Below are positions 32,435 through 39,293 of a stretch of 39,293 nucleotides of DNA, in pieces (the first letter of the stretch is position 1; each line of letters starts with the position of its first letter). The notes under the pieces are model-generated. The model had not been told where the DNA came from. It worked only from the letters and a program-made list of their open reading frames with translations, and ran no database searches. Made by a program: the position numbers and the translations under genes. Source of the DNA: Kofleriaceae bacterium (GTDB taxonomy: Bacteria > Myxococcota_A > Polyangia > Haliangiales > Haliangiaceae); the NCBI GenBank assembly GCA_046597055.1, contig JBKJLC010000100.1, forward strand, positions 1 to 39,293. The letters are read 5' to 3'.

Positions 32435-33505
32435 ATGAAGCAGCGCAGGCGCCCCGTGCACGAGCCGTTCGCCGAGCCCACGGCCGACGCCGGTCCGCTG
32501 CGTATCCGCGAGGCGTCGGAGCGGTTGCGCGCGGCCACCCTCGAGCACGAGCGGCTGCTCGCCAAGGTCAAGCGGCGGCGGATCGCCCGCGACCGCCTGG
32601 CCAGCGATCTGCGCGCGGTGGCCACCGAGATGGTCAATCGTATGACCCCGCTGATCGACGAGTCGCGCAGCCTCGACGCCGAGATCCACGGGCTGTTCGA
32701 CGCGCTCACCCGGGACCGGGCCCGGTCGGCGGCCGAGCGCGACGCGGTTCGTCGCCTGTATCGCGGCCTGCAGGGGCGCATCATCTCGACGCGCGCGACC
32801 GAGCGCGCCGGGGGCGCGCCGAGCTTCGAGTCGACCGAGGCGGACGAGGCCGATCTGCCGCCGGCGGCGTCGGCGGCGCGGCCGGCCGATCGCGACGTCC
32901 TGCGCGCATTGTTCCGGCGCCTGGCCGAGGCGCTCCATCCCGACAAGGTGCAGGACGAGGTCGAGAAGGCGCGCCGCACCGAGCTGATGAAGCAGATCAC
33001 CGTCGCCTACCAGGCCGGCGACTTCGCGCGGCTGGTCGAGCTCGAGCGGGCCTGGGCCACCGGCGAGGCGATCCCGGCGGCGACCGAGGACGAGGCCGAC
33101 CAGCGGGTGGCAGCCACCGAGCGCGCCAACGCCGAGCTGCAGACCCAGCTGCGTGCGATCGAGCGCGAGATTCGCGGCCTGCGCGCCAGCCCCGACGGCG
33201 AGCTGGCCAAGGAGATCAAGCGGCGCGGTGGCGGCGATGACGAGCTGGGCGGCCTGACCCGCGAGGCCGAGGAGGAGCTGACCGGGTTGCGCCGCCTGCG
33301 CGACTTCGTCCAGGCGTTCCAGAACGGCGAGATGTCGTTCGCCGAGTTCGCCGAGGGGCCCGACCCGGACGACGACGAGGAGGACGAGGAGGACCTCCTC
33401 GACCTCGCCGAGGCCATGGCCGCGCTGACGGCGCTGATGAACCAGCCGCCCGCGGCGGCCCGCCGGGGGCGCACCCCGACCGGGACCAAGCCGCGGCGAC
33501 GCTGA
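32435..33505 (+). CDS. Coiled-coil protein with internal J-domain-like HPD motif
   Basis: LRALFRRLAEALHPDK..EKARRTELMKQITVAY; flanking coiled coils; acidic tail. Confidence 0.75.
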   Translation: MKQRRRPVHEPFAEPTADAGPLRIREASERLRAATLEHERLLAKVKRRRIARDRLASDLRAVATEMVNRMTPLIDESRSLDAEIHGLFDALTRDRARSAAERDAVRRLYRGLQGRIISTRATERAGGAPSFESTEADEADLPPAASAARPADRDVLRALFRRLAEALHPDKVQDEVEKARRTELMKQITVAYQAGDFARLVELERAWATGEAIPAATEDEADQRVAATERANAELQTQLRAIEREIRGLRASPDGELAKEIKRRGGGDDELGGLTREAEEELTGLRRLRDFVQAFQNGEMSFAEFAEGPDPDDDEEDEEDLLDLAEAMAALTALMNQPPAAARRGRTPTGTKPRRR

Positions 33506-33553
33506 GGCGCGCGCCTGACGCGCGCCGGGCCGGCTATCTGGAACGGCGATAGC
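33506..33553. terminator. Two GC-rich hairpins between convergent genes (possible terminator)
   Basis: GGCGCGCG-CCTGA-CGCGCGCC 33506-33526; GCTATC..GATAGC 33533-33553; no U-tract. Confidence 0.35.
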
Positions 33554-33568
33554 GGTCGGTGCCGGCGG

Positions 33569-34723
33569 TCAGGGCGGCGGCGCCGGCACGCCCGCCGGAT
33601 CGGCAGCGTAGGTGCCGAGCACGCGCAGCTCGGTGGTCAGCGGCCGCACGTCGGCGAGCGCGTCCTCGAACGCCTGCGAGGCGCCGTGCCCGAGCGCGTC
33701 GAGGTAGAAGCGGTAGCTCCACGGCGCTGACGGGATCGGTCGCGACTCGAGCTTGGTCAGCGACACGCCGCGGGTGGCGAGCCGCATGAGGACCTCGCCG
33801 AGGGCGCCCGGCCGATCGGCGAGCGTGAGCACCAGCGAGGTCTTGGCGACCACCCCGGCGGCGAGCGGCGCCGGCCGCAGCGACACCTCGACGAAGCGGG
33901 TCGCGTTGCCGGCCGCGGTCTGGATCCCGCGCGCGACGATCGCGAGGCCGTAGGTGGTCGCGGCCGACGCGCTGGCGATCGCGCCGAACGAGGCGTCGCG
34001 CAGGTCGCGCACCTTGCGCGCCGAGCCGGCGGTGTCGAGCTCGGCCTGCGGGCGCAGGTGCGGGTGGGCGACCAGGAACGCCTGGCACTGGGCCAGCGCC
34101 TGCGGGTGCGACATCACCACCCGCAGATCCTCGAGCCGCGCGCCCGGCATCGCGAGCAGACAGTGCTCGATCGCGCTGACCACCTCGCCGGTGATCGTCA
34201 GGTGGCCCTCGGCCAGCAGATCGTAGGTCTCGTTGATGCTGCCGGCGGTCGTGTTCTCGATCGGCAAGAGCGCCAGGTCGGCGGCGCCGGTGACCACCGC
34301 CTCGGCGGCGGCCCGGAACGTCTCCGAGCCGGTGAGCAGCACGCCGCCGGCGCGCCCGCCGTAGCTACGCTGCGCCGCGAGGTGACTGTAGCTGCCCTCG
34401 ACACCCTGGTAGGTGACTCGCAGCGGCGCGTCCTCCCGGCGCCGCACGGTCGCCTCCTGGTGGGCGACCGACATGTCCATCACCACCCGGTACAGCCGCT
34501 CGATCTCGTGCGGGTCGAGCCCGGCGGCGGTCGCCTCGGCGCGCAGCCGCACCAGCAGCAGATCCTCGCGGACCCGGTCGCGGAACGGGCTGGCGGCGGC
34601 GAGCTTGGCCTCGGCCACGTCCTCGACGATGTGCAGGCGCTCGGCGAGCAGCGTGATGATCTGCCGGTCGATCGCCTCGATGCGATCGCGCAGCGCGCCG
34701 AGCTGGAGGGCGGGGTCGCTCAT
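33569..34723 (-). CDS. pheA: Chorismate mutase/prephenate dehydratase (P-protein)
   Basis: LRDRIEAIDRQI..LAER (CM); YQGVEGSYSH, LPIENTTAGSI, SHPQALAQC, NATRF, KTSL, LTKLESRP, YRFYLD. Confidence 0.92.
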   Translation of the reverse strand: MSDPALQLGALRDRIEAIDRQIITLLAERLHIVEDVAEAKLAAASPFRDRVREDLLLVRLRAEATAAGLDPHEIERLYRVVMDMSVAHQEATVRRREDAPLRVTYQGVEGSYSHLAAQRSYGGRAGGVLLTGSETFRAAAEAVVTGAADLALLPIENTTAGSINETYDLLAEGHLTITGEVVSAIEHCLLAMPGARLEDLRVVMSHPQALAQCQAFLVAHPHLRPQAELDTAGSARKVRDLRDASFGAIASASAATTYGLAIVARGIQTAAGNATRFVEVSLRPAPLAAGVVAKTSLVLTLADRPGALGEVLMRLATRGVSLTKLESRPIPSAPWSYRFYLDALGHGASQAFEDALADVRPLTTELRVLGTYAADPAGVPAPPP

Positions 34724-34769
34724 CCGCGCATGATACGCGTCGGCCGCGGCGCCGCCATGCGAGGCGACG

Positions 34770-35351
34770 TCACCTGGGTCCATCACCCGAGCGTGCGTGG
34801 GTGGCGGCGGTGCGCAACCAGGCGCGGACCGCGTCGCGCGGCAGCTCGTCGAGTGAGGCCAGCTTGAGGTGGCGTCCGGTCTTGCCGTCGCCCGACAGGC
34901 GGCCGTCGGGATCGGCGTAGGTGCCCGGTGGGCCCGACAGGATCAGGTTGACGTGCGACTTGTGCGCGCCGAGCGCGCACATCACCGAGTCGCCGAACAT
35001 GTAGAAGGGCATGCCCCACTTGATCGACGACCTCGCCTCGGGCGCGGCCTCGGCGACCAGGGTGCGCAGCGCGTCGAGGATCGGGCGCAGGTGGGCCGGC
35101 TGCTTCGCGAAGAAGCCGTCGACCGGCTTGCCGCGATCGGCGCGCGGGGCCGGCCGCTTCCCGGGCGACGCCGGCTTCCTCGCGTGGGCGGCCTTGTTCG
35201 CGTGGGCGGCCTTCCGGGCGGGCGCGGCCTTCCGGGCGGGCGCGGCCTTCTTCGCGGGCGCGGCCTTCTTCGCGACGGGGACCGGCTTCTTGGCTGCCGC
35301 CGCAGCGCGCTTCTTCTTCGCAGGGGCCTGCTTCTTGGACACGATCGTCAC
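34770..35351 (-). CDS. DUF1801 (YdhG-like) protein with Lys/Ala-rich histone H1-like N-terminus
   Basis: KKAAPA/RKAAPA repeats; VDGFFAK..LRTLV..APEA..IKWGMPFY; GDGKTGRHLKL. Confidence 0.82.
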   Translation of the reverse strand: MTIVSKKQAPAKKKRAAAAAKKPVPVAKKAAPAKKAAPARKAAPARKAAHANKAAHARKPASPGKRPAPRADRGKPVDGFFAKQPAHLRPILDALRTLVAEAAPEARSSIKWGMPFYMFGDSVMCALGAHKSHVNLILSGPPGTYADPDGRLSGDGKTGRHLKLASLDELPRDAVRAWLRTAATHARSGDGPR

Positions 35352-35371
35352 GGTGCCAGAATGCCACGCGG

Positions 35372-36319
35372 TCAGCGAATGTGAACGTCGCCATCGAGCT
35401 CATCGCTCGGCTGCCAGAGCACCGCGTACACGGCGATGCCGGTGCCGGCCGCGACCACCCCACCCGCGGCCGCCCAGACCCACCACGTCCGGTACCACGG
35501 GGTCGGCGGGTCGTAGCGCAGCGGCAGCTCGCGCGGCCGCGCCGGCGACGCCCAGGTCAGCACCTCGTTGCCGCGGGCATCGCTCGCGACCGCGTACAGG
35601 TCGAGGCTGGTCGGTCGGGTGCCGAGCACCGGCGGCAACACCAGCCGGCGGAACCCGCCGGGCGCCGCCAGGTCGACCTCTGCGGCGCGCCACGAACGCT
35701 CGCCGTGGGTCCGGACGTAGATCGTCGCGCGCGCGAGCTGGCGGTCGGGATCGGCGACCGTCTCGACCTCGACCGACACCGGCGCCCCGAGCCGCAGGTC
35801 GCGCGGCCAGGTCAGATCGAGCGCCGGGGTGGCCCGGGCCCGGGCCGCGGCGCGGGCCTGCTCGAACAGGAAGGTCGCCTTGGGCGACAGGTCGTAGCTG
35901 AGGACGTGGCCGGGATCGAGGGCGAGCAGGGTGGTGAACGCCGCCCGCGCGTCCGACTCGAGCTCGAGGTACGCGCGCGCGATCCCGCGCTGCTCCCACA
36001 GCCGCACGTGGCTGGCGTGATCGAGCGGGTGGGCCGCGCCGCGATCGAGCGCCGCCACCGCGGTCTCGACCTCGAACCGCGCCAGCGCGGCGGCACCGGC
36101 CGCGATGTCGAGCGGGCCCGTGCGCGCCACGCAAGCCGCGCCGTCCCACCGCTTGCCCAGGATCGCGCGGACCACCGCGAGCTGGGCCAGCCCGGCGCGG
36201 ACACCTCCGACCTCGCAGGCCGGGCGCAGCGTGGCCGCGGTTCCGCGCGGGGTCGCAACCCGCGTGCACGCGCCGGCCGCGATCAGCGCGAGCGCGAGCG
36301 CCAAGGGTCTGCCCACCAC
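35372..36319 (-). CDS. Lipoprotein with TPR-like segment and C-terminal membrane anchor
   Basis: AAGAC lipobox; ARAAFTTLLALDPGHVLSYDLSPK; PWYRTWWVWAAAGGVVAAG TM; start approximate. Confidence 0.72.
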   Translation of the reverse strand: MVGRPLALALALIAAGACTRVATPRGTAATLRPACEVGGVRAGLAQLAVVRAILGKRWDGAACVARTGPLDIAAGAAALARFEVETAVAALDRGAAHPLDHASHVRLWEQRGIARAYLELESDARAAFTTLLALDPGHVLSYDLSPKATFLFEQARAAARARATPALDLTWPRDLRLGAPVSVEVETVADPDRQLARATIYVRTHGERSWRAAEVDLAAPGGFRRLVLPPVLGTRPTSLDLYAVASDARGNEVLTWASPARPRELPLRYDPPTPWYRTWWVWAAAGGVVAAGTGIAVYAVLWQPSDELDGDVHIR

Positions 36320-36474
36320 CGTGGGCGGATGGTACCGGACGGCCCCTGGCTGAGCGACCAGCCGGCGACAGCAACCAGTGACCCCATCGTCACCGGCTGC
36401 TCGGCCAGCCGGTGGCGCCGCCGTTCCGCGCGACAACGGCCCGGAACCATTCCGGGTGTCGACGCGCGCGCGGC

Positions 36475-36490
36475 TGGCACAGCCCCTGCT
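36475..36490 (+). promoter_or_regulatory. Sigma54 (-24/-12) promoter
   Basis: TGGCACAGCCCCTGCT = GG-N10-GC about 48 nt before ATG 36538; inverted repeat CCCGGAA-CCA-TTCCGGG at 36440-36456 just upstream. Confidence 0.65.
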
Positions 36491-36537
36491 CAAGGGGTCG
36501 GTCACCAACTCCACGCTACTACCCGGAGCCAGCCGTC

Positions 36538-38220
36538 ATGAACCGTACCTTCGTTACCGCCTGTCTGTTTGCCCTCCCCCTCGTTGGCGGTGCCTGCACC
36601 GACGCCCCCATCGGTGACGAGGAGGCCAACCTGCCCGGCGACATCGACAACTCCACCGACGGCCCCAGCGGCAAGGGCGACGCGTGGAACTTCGCCAACG
36701 ACCCGGCGCGCCTGGCCCAGAACCTCAACTACACCCTCACCGCGCTCCCCAAGACGGGCAAGCTCGACAAGCCGGTGTGGGCGGCGCGCTACCCGAACGC
36801 GGTCGGCAAGGCGCCGGTTGCCTGGTCGGACACCTACTGGCCGACGGTCGAAGGCTCGACCAACACCCGCTGGCTCGGCAGCACCAGCAAGTCGCCGCTC
36901 GAGAAGTACGACGCCGCGTTCAACGCCGCGCCGGGCTGCGCGACCATGCCGGCCGAGACCTGCGGTGACACCGCCAAGGCCGAATGGGACCAGTACTTCA
37001 CGTGCGCGGGCCCCGCGGCCAAGTGGCAGATGAGGAGCTTCCAGTCGCTCTACCAGCAGATCGACGGGCTCGATAACGACCGCGACGGCAAGAAGGACGA
37101 GTGCGACAGCGATGACGACGAAGGCGCGCAGGGCTGGTGGGGCCTGTGCCACGCCTGGACCCCGGCCGCGCTGCTCGAGCCCGAGCCCCAGCGGGCGGTG
37201 ACCTACCAGGGTCAGAAGTTCGAGGTCGCCGACATCAAGGCGCTCATCGTGACCGTGTACGACAACAACGAGGCGTTGATGCTCGGCGGGCGCTGCAACG
37301 CGACCACCTTCACGCCCAACAACACGACCAGCGCGAACGACGCCTGCTTCGACGCCAACGCCGGCGCGATGCACGTCGTGCTCACCAACTTCCTCGGCAT
37401 CAACGACAGCGCGGTCGCGATGGATCGCACCGCGACCACCCAGGTCTGGAACCAGCCGATCACCGGCTACACCGTGACCCAGCAGGACAAGGTCACCGCG
37501 ACCCGCGCGATGGCGTGCGTCGGCGGCACCGGCAGCACGTACACCCACAACCTCGCCGCGAAGTCGCTCTACGAGGTCACGACCACCGTGGAGTACCTGG
37601 TCGAGGGTAGCGCCGACACCCGCCCGCTCGGGATGAGCGGCTACCTCAGCCAGGACACCTATCACTACATCCTCGAGCTCGGCTCGACCGGCAAGGTCAT
37701 CGGCGGCCGCTACTGCACGGGCACCGAGGGTCCCGACTTCCTGTGGGCGCCCATCCGCGTCTCGACCGCGAACGGCGGCCGCAACCCGAACGTGAAGTGG
37801 GACAAGGTTCAGACCCTGATCGGCCTCTCGATCGCCGACGCCACCACGCCGTCGACCGGCACCGAGAAGGCGTACGAGAACACCGCGGCCACGACCATCC
37901 CCGACAACGCCCCGGCCGGCGCGTCGATCGCCATCAACGTCCCCGACACCTTCGCCTTCAAGGGCCTGGCGGTCACGGTCGACATCGAGCACACCTGGCG
38001 CGGCGACCTGCTGGTCGAGCTCCTGAAGGACGGCGCCAAGGTCGCGACCCTGTCGGACCGCGCCGGCGGCTCGGCGCAGAACCTGACCCAGACCTTCACC
38101 TTCACCCCGGCGCAGGTCGGCGGCGACGCCGCCAAGGCGACCTGGACCCTCAAGGTCACCGACACCGCTGCGCAGGACACCGGTCGGGTCAAGAGCTTCA
38201 AGCTCGCCTTCGCCCAGTGA
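36538..38220 (+). CDS. Transglutaminase-elicitor (Phytophthora GP42-like) family lipoprotein with C-terminal proprotein-convertase P-domain
   Basis: WSDTYWP, SPLEKYD, WWGLCHAW, ADIKAL, NAGAMHVVLTN, VWNQP, YHYILEL..GKVIGG; P-domain IPDN..VDIEHTWRGDL..WTLKVTD..DTG; GGAC lipobox. Confidence 0.85.
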   Translation: MNRTFVTACLFALPLVGGACTDAPIGDEEANLPGDIDNSTDGPSGKGDAWNFANDPARLAQNLNYTLTALPKTGKLDKPVWAARYPNAVGKAPVAWSDTYWPTVEGSTNTRWLGSTSKSPLEKYDAAFNAAPGCATMPAETCGDTAKAEWDQYFTCAGPAAKWQMRSFQSLYQQIDGLDNDRDGKKDECDSDDDEGAQGWWGLCHAWTPAALLEPEPQRAVTYQGQKFEVADIKALIVTVYDNNEALMLGGRCNATTFTPNNTTSANDACFDANAGAMHVVLTNFLGINDSAVAMDRTATTQVWNQPITGYTVTQQDKVTATRAMACVGGTGSTYTHNLAAKSLYEVTTTVEYLVEGSADTRPLGMSGYLSQDTYHYILELGSTGKVIGGRYCTGTEGPDFLWAPIRVSTANGGRNPNVKWDKVQTLIGLSIADATTPSTGTEKAYENTAATTIPDNAPAGASIAINVPDTFAFKGLAVTVDIEHTWRGDLLVELLKDGAKVATLSDRAGGSAQNLTQTFTFTPAQVGGDAAKATWTLKVTDTAAQDTGRVKSFKLAFAQ

Positions 38221-38251
38221 GCCTGGCGCTGAGTTGCGGGTGTGAGTGATG

Positions 38252-38284
38252 GGCGCGCTCCTGCGGGAGCGCGTCGGCATTTTC
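38252..38284 (+). terminator. Probable terminator hairpin after the transglutaminase gene
   Basis: GGCGCGCTCC-TGCG-GGAGCGCGTC then GGCATTTTC. Confidence 0.5.
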
Positions 38285-38330
38285 GGCGCGGTTTCGTGCC
38301 AGGCTCGCGGGCGTGCCCGGGAGTCCCCAC

Positions 38331-39293
<963 letters not shown>

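Noticed and set aside
36160..36212. Possible in-frame insertion between the two Cys of the TPR-like lipoprotein
   Set aside because: Cannot be supported without homolog alignment; no flanking repeats seen
38224..38237. TGGCGCTGAGTTGC as a sigma54 promoter for the last kinase
   Set aside because: GG-to-GC spacing is shorter than the required 10 nt and it lies upstream of a terminator-like hairpin

Overview
A very GC-rich, gene-dense bacterial chromosomal window. The FHA-sigma54 activator, multiple Ser/Thr kinases, PEGA domain and many lipoproteins suggest Myxococcota; this is inference only. Recognisable genes include a carboxy(nor)spermidine dehydrogenase/decarboxylase operon, GH36 and GH5 glycosidase lipoproteins, divergent CHAD and PPK2 genes, and two coupled cation:proton antiporters. 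A run of six lipoprotein genes contains four diverged paralogs sharing a C-x57/58-C-x-x-D domain. Further along lie an FHA-bEBP with two kinases, a frameshifted AraC regulator, an IorAB-like molybdoenzyme with a diheme cytochrome, an MBL hydrolase, a J-domain-like protein, pheA, a DUF1801 protein, an oomycete-type transglutaminase-elicitor lipoprotein and a frameshifted kinase at the right edge. I saw no rRNA, tRNA, transposase or CRISPR-cas. The best unexplained signals are (1) a ~185-bp non-coding three-way-junction element at 363-546 with two matched arms carrying different ~30-nt inserts, (2) the paralogous lipoprotein array, (3) TAnnnT -10 boxes 6-9 nt before start codons, including two divergent pairs with identical 18-nt geometry, and (4) a Pep-13-like epitope in a putatively sigma54-driven transglutaminase.
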